Shown: piece after piece, positions 1 to 8,927 of the stretch
How positions within the stretch are numbered: position 1 is the first letter of the stretch
How the letters are laid out: every line of letters begins with the position of its first letter
DNA from: Synechococcus sp. A15-24
GTDB taxonomy: Bacteria; Cyanobacteriota; Cyanobacteriia; PCC-6307; Cyanobiaceae
Assembly: GCF_014280195.1 (NCBI RefSeq)
Contig: NZ_CP047960.1
Coordinates: 330,001 to 362,000, forward strand
DNA: 32,000 nt
Direction of reading: 5' to 3'
Made by a program: the position numbers and the translations under genes
Notes under the pieces: model-generated
What the model was told of the DNA's origin: nothing
What the model saw: only the letters and a program-made list of their open reading frames with translations
Database searches by the model: none

Positions 1-5
1 TGCTG

Positions 6-302
6 ATGCGGAGACTCTCGTTGGTGATGGCGTCCAGTCGGGTCATGACCCTGCTCGTCACGCTTTTGATGGTGATCGTCCTTGGGATTTACCTGCTGAG
101 GCTGAACTTGCTGTCTGATCTGCTGATCCTGGCTTCAGCGCTGTTGTTGGCGCGGCTTGATCTAGTCCGTCTTGGGGTGATGACTGCCCCCCGGCGCTCG
201 CTGTTGCTGTTGGGAATCGTTCTCGTTGCCGGAATTGGACTTGGCCACTGTTTACCCCATCCCCTCGGCGCGGTCGTCGCACCCGGGCCACGCGTGGTCT
301 GA
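6..302 (+). CDS. hypothetical hydrophobic membrane protein, possibly the 3' part of a gene that starts left of the window
   Basis: 98-aa ORF in the track. It is strongly hydrophobic (Leu/Val-rich stretches) and its third-position G/C bias matches neighbouring genes. The frame is open back to base 3, so the true start may lie outside the window. The competing minus-strand ORFs (58..291, 89..463) are Arg/Pro/Ser/Thr-rich and look like antisense noise. The 3' end overlaps the slt 3' end by 51 nt. No family recognised. Confidence 0.4.
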   Translation: MRRLSLVMASSRVMTLLVTLLMVIVLGIYLLRLNLLSDLLILASALLLARLDLVRLGVMTAPRRSLLLLGIVLVAGIGLGHCLPHPLGAVVAPGPRVV

Positions 303-2258
303 GTAACCCAAAAGATTGTCGAGAACTTTTTTGGTGTAGTAGCGGGTTTCGGCGTAAGGAATCCGCTCCACCCAGAGTTCGATGTCCTCGTCGTTGCGGG
401 GCTGAGGCCAGGAACGCACCGTGCCAGGGCCGGCGTTGTAGCTGGCAATGCTGAGGAAAGCATCCTCTTCCCAGAGCTGCAGCAGTGATCTCAGGTACGC
501 AGCCCCGAGGGAGATGTTTGTCGAAGGCTCCATCAGCTCATGCTCCGAAAGCGGTTTCCCGGCGACGGAGGCGGCCGTTTCGGGCATGAGTTGCATCACA
601 CCAACGGCTCCAGCAATTGAACGCACGCCTGGAGAAAAGCGCGACTCCTGTTTTGCGATGGCCAACAACAACGTTGGATCCACCCCGTGCTGCGTCGATG
701 CGGACTGGATGGCTTGTTGGAAGACGACAGGGTTCTGGCTCCGTTGCAGCAGCAGTCGCTGCCGACAGCTCGTGGGCACCCATCGCACACTCAGTCGCCA
801 GAGCTGATCGAGGCCGCGCCAGGGGTCATTCACGCTGAGCCGCAGTCGTCCCTCCACCAACTGTTCCTCTGCTGCCAGGGGGTCTCGGGGATCACGCAGC
901 GATAGCCAGGCGTCCCATGCCTGTTCGGTGAGCCCCAGCCTCCAGAGGGTGTCCACCTCTGGATAGCGACTGTTGAGAGGAGCCCACACCGGGACGGGCA
1001 GGGTTGTTGATGGTTTATTCAGATGCAGGGTCTTGGCTTCACCCAGACGCACTTCTGCCCGCCAGCGGTAATACCCTGGGCGGTGGGTGCCGATCAATCG
1101 CCGCCAATGGCGTTTGGCGGCGGTGCTGTTGCCTGTCCGTTCTTCAGTGAGCCCCAGCCAGAACAGTTGCCGTGCTTCCAGAGGGGGCGGCAAGGTGCCT
1201 GCAGGCAGGGCCATCAACAGGTCCCGGGCCCGTTCCCACTGCTCATCGAGCAGGGCAAACCGAGCTTCATCCCACTGCAGCTGCCAGCTATCGCGGTCGT
1301 CAGGCCACCGTTTGAGCACGTTGATGGCGCCATTGCCAGCATTGAGCCGAACCTGTGCCGCGGCCATAGCAGCGGAGCGCTCCGCCAGGGCTGGCGGAAT
1401 GGCTTCTACGAGTGCCGGGTCCGGCAGCAGAGGCTCCATCAGCAGACGAACAGCTTCATCACTGGCCAATGATTTCGGCTGCCGCTGGGTGAGCTCCAAC
1501 AGCATTAGTTTCCCTTGGATGCGCTGCTCCTCACCACCCCGCAACAGGGCACGCCCCACGGCGAGCGCTGTCTCCGCTCCAGCTGCTTTCCCTTGCAGAC
1601 AGTCCAAGGCGGGGGATCCGGCTCCGAGCATGGCCAGGGCCCAGGCAAGGCTCTGGCGCTGTGCCTGGGTCGGCTCCCTGGCGCTGCAGGCTGCTTTCAG
1701 TCGGTCCATCGCGCCCGGCCAGCGCCAACCCCAACGCGCCAGATGGTGTGCTCCCTGATGCCCCCGTTCCGGGGTTGGCTCCAGGGCCACGGCGGTGGCC
1801 AGGGCTGCGGGGTGAGACGGATGCAGCTTTAGCAGCTCCTGACGCAGGCCAGGGACGTGCTGCCGGGCTCTCGCGCTCACGGTTGTCTCCGGAAAGCGGA
1901 TCAGCAGTTGTTGCCAGAGGACGTCTGCCGCTGTGTGATTCCCCCGGCGCTTCTCTCTCTCGGCGGCAAGGGCCAGAGCAACGGCGGCCAGGGGATCGTC
2001 TCCCCAACCTTGCCCAGCCAGGGTCGGACCGCTTTTGGCCATCAACAAGGCCGCTTCACGCCGGCGCAGAGGATCCACCGACCATCGATAGGTCTGCCAC
2101 AACTGGATCGGTGTCGTCTTGGGGGTCAGCGCTGGCTGTCGTTCCCGCAACAGGCGCTGGCCCATGACGGTGATCGTCAGGCTCAGTCCGGCCGTTGTGA
2201 GCAGAAGTGCGAAGAAGTTCCGGGGTCCTGCGGGCACGCTGTCGCCGGAACTCACCAC
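252..2258 (-). CDS. slt: soluble lytic murein transglycosylase (Slt70-like)
   Basis: 668-aa ORF with a GTG start at 2258. The C-terminal SLT domain carries 'LLLAIAKQESRFSP', 'GVMQLMPETA' and 'ASYNAGPG'. A long Ala/Leu/Arg-rich helical-repeat region precedes it, and there is an N-terminal hydrophobic segment (FFALLLTTAGLSLTITV). Confidence 0.85.
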   Translation of the reverse strand: MVSSGDSVPAGPRNFFALLLTTAGLSLTITVMGQRLLRERQPALTPKTTPIQLWQTYRWSVDPLRRREAALLMAKSGPTLAGQGWGDDPLAAVALALAAEREKRRGNHTAADVLWQQLLIRFPETTVSARARQHVPGLRQELLKLHPSHPAALATAVALEPTPERGHQGAHHLARWGWRWPGAMDRLKAACSAREPTQAQRQSLAWALAMLGAGSPALDCLQGKAAGAETALAVGRALLRGGEEQRIQGKLMLLELTQRQPKSLASDEAVRLLMEPLLPDPALVEAIPPALAERSAAMAAAQVRLNAGNGAINVLKRWPDDRDSWQLQWDEARFALLDEQWERARDLLMALPAGTLPPPLEARQLFWLGLTEERTGNSTAAKRHWRRLIGTHRPGYYRWRAEVRLGEAKTLHLNKPSTTLPVPVWAPLNSRYPEVDTLWRLGLTEQAWDAWLSLRDPRDPLAAEEQLVEGRLRLSVNDPWRGLDQLWRLSVRWVPTSCRQRLLLQRSQNPVVFQQAIQSASTQHGVDPTLLLAIAKQESRFSPGVRSIAGAVGVMQLMPETAASVAGKPLSEHELMEPSTNISLGAAYLRSLLQLWEEDAFLSIASYNAGPGTVRSWPQPRNDEDIELWVERIPYAETRYYTKKVLDNLLGYSDHAWPGCDDRAEGMG

Positions 2259-2353
2259 ATTCTGCGTCCCCCCAAGGGCGGCAGGTCACCTGTCACCTGG
2301 GATGCGGAGCGCTCGGCCCATGGTTTGTAGTCTTCGATCCACGATTGAGACCC

Positions 2354-3742
2354 ATGGTTCAAAGCGCCGTCCCGTCGATCGGGCCCTCGCTCGGGTCTTC
2401 AGCGCCAGGTTTCGGCACGGACGGCATCCGGGGACGTGCCGGCACCGAGCTCTCACCGGCCCTCTGTCTGCAGGTGGGTTACTGGATCGGTCGCGTGCTC
2501 AAGGCCGATGGTCCGGTGTTGATCGGGATGGATTCCCGCAGCAGCGGCAGCATGCTGGTGGCGGCTTTGACCGCAGGACTGACGGCGGCGGGTCGAGATG
2601 TCTGGGAGCTTGGTCTCTGTGCCACGCCGGCGGTTCCCCTGCTGATCCGTGAAGTGGGTGCCGCCGGTGGACTGATGGTCTCGGCCAGTCACAACCCCCC
2701 CGCCGACAACGGCATCAAGGTGTTTGGTGCCGATGGCACAAAGCTGAGCGCCGAGCGTCAGGCCCGGGTGGAGGACGGCCTGCGGGGTGAGGTCGAGGAC
2801 GATGGCCACAGACGCTGTGGTCGCTCGGTTCAGCGGCAGGACCTGCTCAGGTCGTATCAGGACAAGTTACTGAGTTCGGTGGGGGATCGGCGGCTCAATG
2901 GTGTCCCGATCGTTCTTGATCTCTGCTGGGGTTCAGCGACGGCCTGTGCCGCTGAGGTGTTTCAAACCCTCGGCGCAGACCTGACGGTGCTGCATGGCCA
3001 GCCGGATGGGGAACGGATCAATGTGGCTTGTGGTTCAACCCAGCTGGATCCCCTGCGCCAGGCCGTGGTGGCCCAAGGGGCGGTGATGGGCTTCGCCTTT
3101 GATGGTGACGCCGATCGGATGCTGGCGGTCGATGCCCGCGGTCGGGTGGTTGATGGAGATCATGTGTTGTACCTCTGGGGATCGGTGCTCCAGGACCAGA
3201 AGGCGCTTCCCGGCGATCGACTGGTTGCCACGGTGATGTCCAACCTGGGATTTGAGCGGGCCTGGGAGCGTCGCGGCGGTGTGCTTAAGCGCACGCCCGT
3301 CGGCGACCAGCATGTTCATGCCGCGATGGTGGCCAACGGTGCAGCCCTTGGGGGTGAGCAGTCGGGCCACATCCTGGCGGCATCCCATGGGCTCTGCGGT
3401 GATGGGGTGCTGACGGCGCTGCAGCTGGCGACGCTGTGCCATGCCCAGGACATCGCCTTGAGCGAATGGTTGGATCGCAGTTTCAAGGCTTATCCCCAGA
3501 CGCTGGTGAATGTGACGGTTCCGGACCGAGCCCGCCGCAAGGGATGGTCCAGTTGCATGCCGCTTCAGGAGGCGGTGCTTCAGGCGGAGGCGAGCATGGG
3601 TGCAGCTGGGCGGGTGCTGGTGCGGGCTAGCGGCACCGAACCGGTGCTGCGGGTGATGGTGGAAGCGGAAGACCAGTCGCTGGTGGACCGCTGGACCCAG
3701 CATCTGGCTGCCATGGCCGACGAGCACCTCAACGCGGCCTGA
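2354..3742 (+). CDS. glmM: phosphoglucosamine mutase
   Basis: Phosphohexomutase motifs are present: 'FGTDGIRG', phosphoserine loop 'SASHNPPADNGIKVF', Mg loop 'FDGDADR' and 'GGEQSGH'. I place the start at ATG 2354 (MVQSAV...). The track start at 2207 would run into the slt start region. Confidence 0.95.
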   Translation: MVQSAVPSIGPSLGSSAPGFGTDGIRGRAGTELSPALCLQVGYWIGRVLKADGPVLIGMDSRSSGSMLVAALTAGLTAAGRDVWELGLCATPAVPLLIREVGAAGGLMVSASHNPPADNGIKVFGADGTKLSAERQARVEDGLRGEVEDDGHRRCGRSVQRQDLLRSYQDKLLSSVGDRRLNGVPIVLDLCWGSATACAAEVFQTLGADLTVLHGQPDGERINVACGSTQLDPLRQAVVAQGAVMGFAFDGDADRMLAVDARGRVVDGDHVLYLWGSVLQDQKALPGDRLVATVMSNLGFERAWERRGGVLKRTPVGDQHVHAAMVANGAALGGEQSGHILAASHGLCGDGVLTALQLATLCHAQDIALSEWLDRSFKAYPQTLVNVTVPDRARRKGWSSCMPLQEAVLQAEASMGAAGRVLVRASGTEPVLRVMVEAEDQSLVDRWTQHLAAMADEHLNAA

Positions 3743-4667
3743 GCACCAGCTCGCGGGCCATGGTGAGTGCGCCCCAGCAGGCATCGGAGGCAGCTGGGGC
3801 CCAGCGTGCACCGGGGATCTCAGCGATAATCCCCACCTCAACCGCCCGTTGGACGCTGCCGGGGTGTTGCAGTACGCCGCCGAGCCCCGCCACCGCTGGC
3901 TGCGGTAGCGCGAGTTCCCGGGCCACGGTGGCGGCACAGCTCACCAGAGCCGCAGCTGATCGTTGAAGGATGTCCTGAGCGGCCGGAAGGCCTGCATCAG
4001 CCGCTGCGACCAGCAGTGGTGCCAGGGCGGCCAGGTCCGCGGCAGTTCGTGACGGTTGAACCACCCAGGCTTTGACATCGGCATGTCCGCGGCAGCCCAG
4101 CTGCTCCCACATCCGCTGGCGCAGGGGGTGGTCCGGCCGTCGCCCATCGGCCATCTGCAGGGTGAGTTGCAACCCCTGATGGCCCAAATCAAAGGCGGAA
4201 CCGGCGCCATCGAGCATCCAGCCCCAACCCCCGCAGCGGTGTTCTTTCCCCTGGTGGTCTCTGCCGAGGCAGATCATGCCAGTGCCGCTGATCAGGATGA
4301 TCCCACCCCCTTCAGGGAAGGCTCCCCGCAGCGCGGTGCGCTCGTCGCCCGTGGCCAGGACTTTTTCCTCGGGGAGAGACAAGGCATCTGCCAGCAGGGC
4401 AGTGGCTTTCGGTTGCAGGGCTGAGCCCTGCTCGATTCCGCTGGCACCGATCACGGCGGCATCCAGCTTGCGTTCTCCTTCACCCTCAGAGGCGGATTTC
4501 AGGCTGGTGAGCACAGCCTGACGGAACCGCTCGGCTCCTCCCGCGGCCTCGAGGTGGGATACCCCAGGACCTGAACCCTCACCGATGATCTGCCAGCCGT
4601 CATCTTGCCAGCGGCAGACCCGGCAGCGGGTGCTGGTCTGGCCGGCATCGAATCCTGCGAGAAGCAT
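3729..4667 (-). CDS. BadF/BadG/BcrA/BcrD-type ATPase, N-acetylglucosamine-kinase-like
   Basis: ASKHA-fold motifs are present: 'LAGFDAGQTSTRC' (phosphate-1), 'ILISGTGMICLG' and 'GGWGWMLDGAGSAFDLG'. I place the start at ATG 4667 (MLLAGFDAGQ...). The track's 437-aa version is an Arg/Pro-rich extension lying wholly inside ictB. This start overlaps the ictB stop by 1 nt (TGATG). The 3' end overlaps the glmM 3' end by 14 nt. Confidence 0.7.
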   Translation of the reverse strand: MLLAGFDAGQTSTRCRVCRWQDDGWQIIGEGSGPGVSHLEAAGGAERFRQAVLTSLKSASEGEGERKLDAAVIGASGIEQGSALQPKATALLADALSLPEEKVLATGDERTALRGAFPEGGGIILISGTGMICLGRDHQGKEHRCGGWGWMLDGAGSAFDLGHQGLQLTLQMADGRRPDHPLRQRMWEQLGCRGHADVKAWVVQPSRTAADLAALAPLLVAAADAGLPAAQDILQRSAAALVSCAATVARELALPQPAVAGLGGVLQHPGSVQRAVEVGIIAEIPGARWAPAASDACWGALTMARELVLRPR

Positions 4668-5962
4668 CAATCCCGCAGCCAGCTGGCGCCGAGGCTGGCG
4701 AGAGCGAACCAGCCGATCAGTTGCACCTCCGGCCGGAAAAAGATCGTGTCTGTGATGCCCTGGGTAAGCAGCCCGGCAACGGCGGCGAGGCTGCCGATGG
4801 CGATCAACCCCTGCTGCCCATGAATGCGGAGGCCACGCTGGATGCTGCTCAACAGCAGTCCCAGGCAGGCCAGCAGGCCAGGGATACCGGTCTCCACCAG
4901 GATCTCCAACGGCACGGAGTATGCGCTGAGGGCATCGAACTTCGGCTGCTGATACAGCGGATAGATGCTGTTGAAGGCGGCATTGCCGGGTCCGATGCCG
5001 AGCCAGGGGCGGTCCTGAACCATCTCGATGGCCGCCAGCCACACGTTGATGCGGAAGTTGTTGGAGCTGTCACCGCGACCAGCCACCAGGCTGAGCACCC
5101 GGGTGCGGATCGGTTCCAGTTGGGTAACCACAAGGGCCAGCGTGATGCCGGCGATCAGCAGGGTGGCCAGTGGCAGCAGACGTCGCCACAGGGGCGGCAA
5201 GTGGGCTGTGCTTCTGAGCAGGATCAGCATGCCCGCCAGGGCCAGGGCCGCCAGCAGGCCCAGCCAGCCACCACGGCTGTAGGTGAAAACGGTGGCGCTG
5301 CCCGCCAGCAGTGCTGTCACCGCAGCGAGGAGGCGATAACTCAGCCGCTTCCAGCGCAGTACTGCAATGCACGCCAGGGGCACCAGCGGCAGGAGATAGC
5401 CCGCCAGAAGGTTGGGGTTACCCAGGGGCCCATAGATGCGAATGGTGCCGGCACTGACGGAGTTGGGATCGGCCCAGCCGGCGAGTTCGTCGATGGAGGC
5501 ATACAACTGCCGCAGTGCCAGAACACTGCTGAACAGCCCTCCCCCCAGCAGCGCTGCCAACAGTCGGTCCCACCAGACGATCTGCCGTTCCAGCAGGGTG
5601 CGCATCAGGGCGTACACGCCCAGGTAGCTGGTCAGCTTCAGCAGGCCTTTGGCGGCAGCGATCGGAACGGGGGAGAAGCCTGTGCAGACCACGGCGATGG
5701 CGAGGTACAGCAGCACCCAGCGGCTGATGGCACTGAGGCGTTCGGTGGGGGTGATCAATGACCACAACAGCCAAAGCACGCCAGCCGCTGCAAGTTCCAG
5801 CCCCAGGCCACTGCGGCTGACGAACGGCAGGCTGCTCATCAGCAGCATCAGCACCACGCCCGACAGCAGCTCCAGCCGTTGTTGCACTGACGCTGCTGGT
5901 GTCAGGCATCCCCGCCAACGCAGCAGCAAAGGGATGGATCCCTGATCTGTAGCATCGGCCAT
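4667..5962 (-). CDS. ictB: IctB-type polytopic membrane protein (O-antigen ligase / Wzy_C superfamily; historically annotated as putative inorganic-carbon transporter)
   Basis: 431 aa with about 10 hydrophobic helices. It contains 'TYSRGGWLG' (Wzy_C-like core). The block 'GRGDSSNNFRINVWLAAIEMVQDRPWLGIGPGNAAFNSIYPLYQQPKFDALSAYSVPLE' closely matches what I recall of Synechococcus PCC 7942 IctB. Confidence 0.8.
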   Translation of the reverse strand: MADATDQGSIPLLLRWRGCLTPAASVQQRLELLSGVVLMLLMSSLPFVSRSGLGLELAAAGVLWLLWSLITPTERLSAISRWVLLYLAIAVVCTGFSPVPIAAAKGLLKLTSYLGVYALMRTLLERQIVWWDRLLAALLGGGLFSSVLALRQLYASIDELAGWADPNSVSAGTIRIYGPLGNPNLLAGYLLPLVPLACIAVLRWKRLSYRLLAAVTALLAGSATVFTYSRGGWLGLLAALALAGMLILLRSTAHLPPLWRRLLPLATLLIAGITLALVVTQLEPIRTRVLSLVAGRGDSSNNFRINVWLAAIEMVQDRPWLGIGPGNAAFNSIYPLYQQPKFDALSAYSVPLEILVETGIPGLLACLGLLLSSIQRGLRIHGQQGLIAIGSLAAVAGLLTQGITDTIFFRPEVQLIGWFALASLGASWLRD

Positions 5963-5965
5963 CGC

Positions 5966-6676
5966 TCAGACGTCGGTAAAGACCGTTTCAGCGGGATTAT
6001 CGAGCTCCTGCCAACGGCTTTCCAGTGCCTCTGGATCAGGGAGTGGAGATGCGTTGCGTCGGTACAGCACGCGGTACACCGGGAGGCTCTTCTCGAGAAC
6101 GTATTGCTCCCGTTCCGTGGGAACGGCGAGTGGGTTGTCTGCTCGCCAGGGTCTGGCATCCGATTCCGGCCGAGTGAAACAACCGCTCAGTTCGGTGAGG
6201 GCGACCATCGGTTCGATGACTGCCAGCACGTCGCTCTGCAGAAACAGCTCCCGCCCGGGCTGAAGGGCGGCTGCGATGGCCAGCAGCAGGGCCGGCTGCA
6301 GCACCCGCCGCTTGCGATGCCTCCGCTTGAACCACGGGTCCGGAAATTGCACTGAGACCCGCTGCAATCGGTCGTCCGGCAGCGCTGCAAGCCAGGTTTC
6401 CAAGCTGATGTTGGCGTTGCAGAACAGCACCCGCACATTGCCGCTGGCGGTGTTTAAGGCATCACGGTCGGCGGCGGTCACCAGGGGGCGTCTGATTTCC
6501 ACGCCGAGGTGGTTCCAGCCCGGGTTCAGTTCAGCCAGCCCCAGAATGCAGCGTCCACGGGCACAGCCGATGTCGAGGTGAATCGGTTGCTCGGGATGGT
6601 CGAATAGCTCACCAGGAGATGGCAGCTGCAGCGGCAGCTGGAAGAAGCGGCTGAGGGGATTGACGTGCTGGCGCAA
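5966..6676 (-). CDS. trmB: tRNA (guanine46-N7)-methyltransferase
   Basis: 236 aa with a TTG start. It has the N-terminal 'MRQHVNPLS', the SAM-binding motif 'LDIGCARG' and '[14 protein letters not shown]'. It lies 3 nt upstream of the ictB start and 3 nt downstream of the FIST gene stop. Confidence 0.9.
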   Translation of the reverse strand: MRQHVNPLSRFFQLPLQLPSPGELFDHPEQPIHLDIGCARGRCILGLAELNPGWNHLGVEIRRPLVTAADRDALNTASGNVRVLFCNANISLETWLAALPDDRLQRVSVQFPDPWFKRRHRKRRVLQPALLLAIAAALQPGRELFLQSDVLAVIEPMVALTELSGCFTRPESDARPWRADNPLAVPTEREQYVLEKSLPVYRVLYRRNASPLPDPEALESRWQELDNPAETVFTDV

Positions 6677-6679
6677 CGC

Positions 6680-7981
6680 TCAATCAGCATTGGAGGGTGG
6701 ATCCTGCCTCAGCAACCCCCAACAGGCGGTGTAGCCATGAAGATGCGTCGATCCCGCCACTGGACCGATTTCCCCGTTGCAGAAGGCACCGGCCATCGGC
6801 AGGTCCGGCATCACCGTTCGGCCCAGGTTCACATCCCCATCCGGTTGACCGAACAATCCCTGGCCACGCCCCAGGCAGGCCATCAGCAGGCCGAACACCG
6901 GCGCTGAGCCAGCGTTTTCGGTGGAGGCGCGCAGCAGGTTGAGCGCTTCGTTGCGGGAGGCATCGGCTTCCCGTAGCTGGAACTGCACATTCATGCCGGG
7001 ACGGACTCGATCAGCGACGGCAACGGCGCCGTTGTTGGGGTCCACCCCGATCAGATTGCGGACCAGAAAGGCTCCACCGGAAGCATCCAGACGGTTGGGC
7101 GTGAGCTGCAGGTTGCGGCGTTCGATCCCGAGGAAGAGGGAGTGACGCACCTGATCCCGTTCCTCCTCGCTCAGGTCCGCAAGGATTCGCTGCAGGCAGG
7201 CCACCGGAGTGTCACGACGCTCCCCATCACTGAGTTCCAACACCACGTTGCGTTGAACCTGCTCGATCGCAAAAACCGGACCGATCGGTCTGCATCCCTG
7301 AGCCACCACGCTGTCCAGTCGCCAATCGCCGCCGATGGAGCAGATCACCGCACCGGTCACCACCCGGTCATCGAACAGCAATGAGCCGTGGGGCGCGTTC
7401 TGCGGGCAGGCGATCCCGCCAATTTTCTCGGCGCCTGGAAAGGCATAGTCCATGCCGCTGATCAGATCGTTGATGTTGCTGCTGGTGGGATCGATCAGCA
7501 GGATCTGGCTGCGGCAGTGCTGGGGGTTGAGGCCACTCCACTCCTGCCATGTCTGTGCTGAACCGTCGAGATCCGGCAGTGAGGTCGTGGAAAGAGCCAC
7601 GCTGTCGATCGCGGCCCCAGGAAGATTCAGCAGAGTCACGCTGAGGGATGGTGCCTGCTCGATTTCGGCGGCAGTGCCGTCAGCGCGGGTACCAACAACC
7701 CCCCCGCCAGCTGCTCCGAGCCAGTGTCGGGAGCTCAACTCCCGTCGTAAGAGGGGTAATAACCGTGGCAGATCGCTGGCGTAAGCGGTCGACGCGAATA
7801 CCAGAGCAAGATCGGCTTCCCCGCGCCGTCCCAACTGGCTGACCACCTCGCGAACGGCTTCCTCCATGGAAGGGCGAGTGGAGAGGGCCGACCGACAACT
7901 GGGTGTTGAGGTTGCTGCTCGGATCCAGTCGAGAAGAGAGAACGTACCCATGAAATGGACCCTATCAATCCCCGGCAGCAC
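6680..7981 (-). CDS. stand-alone FIST-domain protein (FIST_N + FIST_C, no output domain)
   Basis: 433-aa ORF with FIST-like blocks: 'ADLALVFASTAY', 'GGIAC', 'GLLMACLGRGQGLFGQPDGD' and 'AGAFCNGEIGPV'. The start is uncertain. ATG 7951 (MGTFSLL...) is an equally good candidate and would leave a 47-nt rather than 17-nt divergent spacer. Confidence 0.6.
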   Translation of the reverse strand: MLPGIDRVHFMGTFSLLDWIRAATSTPSCRSALSTRPSMEEAVREVVSQLGRRGEADLALVFASTAYASDLPRLLPLLRRELSSRHWLGAAGGGVVGTRADGTAAEIEQAPSLSVTLLNLPGAAIDSVALSTTSLPDLDGSAQTWQEWSGLNPQHCRSQILLIDPTSSNINDLISGMDYAFPGAEKIGGIACPQNAPHGSLLFDDRVVTGAVICSIGGDWRLDSVVAQGCRPIGPVFAIEQVQRNVVLELSDGERRDTPVACLQRILADLSEEERDQVRHSLFLGIERRNLQLTPNRLDASGGAFLVRNLIGVDPNNGAVAVADRVRPGMNVQFQLREADASRNEALNLLRASTENAGSAPVFGLLMACLGRGQGLFGQPDGDVNLGRTVMPDLPMAGAFCNGEIGPVAGSTHLHGYTACWGLLRQDPPSNAD

Positions 7982-7998
7982 GGTGCGGGAGATCGATA

Positions 7999-8634
7999 AT
8001 GGATCGACTCATCGATGCCGTTTTGAACGAGCTTTCCTACAGGGCCCTGGTGTGGCTCACCTACAGGCTTGCGGCGACGGTAGCCCTGGGATTACCTCTG
8101 GTGCTGCTGATCTGGTCAGCCTGGCGGCGTGAACCTGTGGTGCAGCGACTGCTGGGTTTGTATTGGAAAGTGGCCAGCTTGATGGGGATTAGCCTGCTGT
8201 TGCTCACCGATGAGCGCCCGTTGGGTTACGTGACCGCTGTGGTCGCCCCCGTGCTGATGGTGGTGAGTGTCTGGTTCTGGGTGGACCTCAACGAGGAACT
8301 GGCGGACCAGCCCCCCTGGCGCCCCTTGCCGCTGACGGTGCGTCTCTGGCGGTGGGCACTCAGCGGCTTCGGTGTGATCAGCCTGGTGATGACTGCCACG
8401 GGGCTGCGATGCATGGAGTCCCAATCCAGCCCTGACTGCTCCGCCTGGCTAGAAGCACCGCAGGGCATTCATCGTGGGGTCGAAACACTGTTTGATTTCG
8501 TTTTTGGAGGTCAGTGGACTGAGGCCGTCGCGGCGTTCGTTGGTTATGCAGCGCTGGTGGCTTATCTCGCTGGACTGCTCCAGTGGCTGCTGGTGCGTTT
8601 GCCCCGCTACGGCCGAGTCGCCGGTGAGTTCTGA
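7999..8634 (+). CDS. conserved-looking multi-pass membrane protein, family not assigned
   Basis: 211 aa with an ATG start and 5-6 hydrophobic segments. Codon bias looks like coding sequence. Its stop overlaps the start of the next ORF (TGATG at 8632-8636). Confidence 0.6.
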   Translation: MDRLIDAVLNELSYRALVWLTYRLAATVALGLPLVLLIWSAWRREPVVQRLLGLYWKVASLMGISLLLLTDERPLGYVTAVVAPVLMVVSVWFWVDLNEELADQPPWRPLPLTVRLWRWALSGFGVISLVMTATGLRCMESQSSPDCSAWLEAPQGIHRGVETLFDFVFGGQWTEAVAAFVGYAALVAYLAGLLQWLLVRLPRYGRVAGEF

Positions 8635-8927
8635 TGACCGCTATCGAGCTTGTTCAGCAGCTGGAGGAGCGCAGCCGACTGCATGCAGAACGAGTTGTTC
8701 GATTGACGGGGAACGTGGATGGAGAGCCGTTCGAACTGTTGATTTTTCGAGGCTTCAGCAGCAGCACGACCCATCCCACCGCCTTTGATCCCGATGCCTC
8801 AGTGTTGCCTCCTGAAACTCGGCTGGAGCAGGCGGAACTGCTCCAAGGACCGCTGAATCCAAGCGACGCAGTTTTGTTGGCAGGGCCAATGGCCCCGGCT
8901 GATCTGCTGGTTCAGGCCAACTGGTGA
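8634..8927 (+). CDS. hypothetical soluble protein
   Basis: 97 aa. The ATG is coupled to the upstream stop by a 1-nt overlap, and the amino-acid composition looks normal. The 3' end overlaps the ileS 3' end by 16 nt. No family recognised. Confidence 0.5.
   Translation: MTAIELVQQLEERSRLHAERVVRLTGNVDGEPFELLIFRGFSSSTTHPTAFDPDASVLPPETRLEQAELLQGPLNPSDAVLLAGPMAPADLLVQANW

Noticed and set aside
1023-2330. Several plus-strand ORFs of 100-220 aa (1023..1472, 1087..1758, 1661..2167, 1857..2330)
   Set aside because: All are antisense to slt. They are Arg/Pro/Ser/Ala-rich and overlap one another in different frames.
4668-5042. 125-codon N-terminal extension of the BadF-type ATPase ORF
   Set aside because: It lies wholly inside ictB in another frame and is Arg/Pro/His-rich. 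The ASKHA phosphate-1 motif begins right after the ATG at 4667.
4721-5761. 346-aa plus-strand ORF
   Set aside because: It is antisense to ictB. It is Gln/Gly/Ala/Asp-rich with no hydrophobic or catalytic pattern, while the opposite strand gives a clean polytopic membrane protein.
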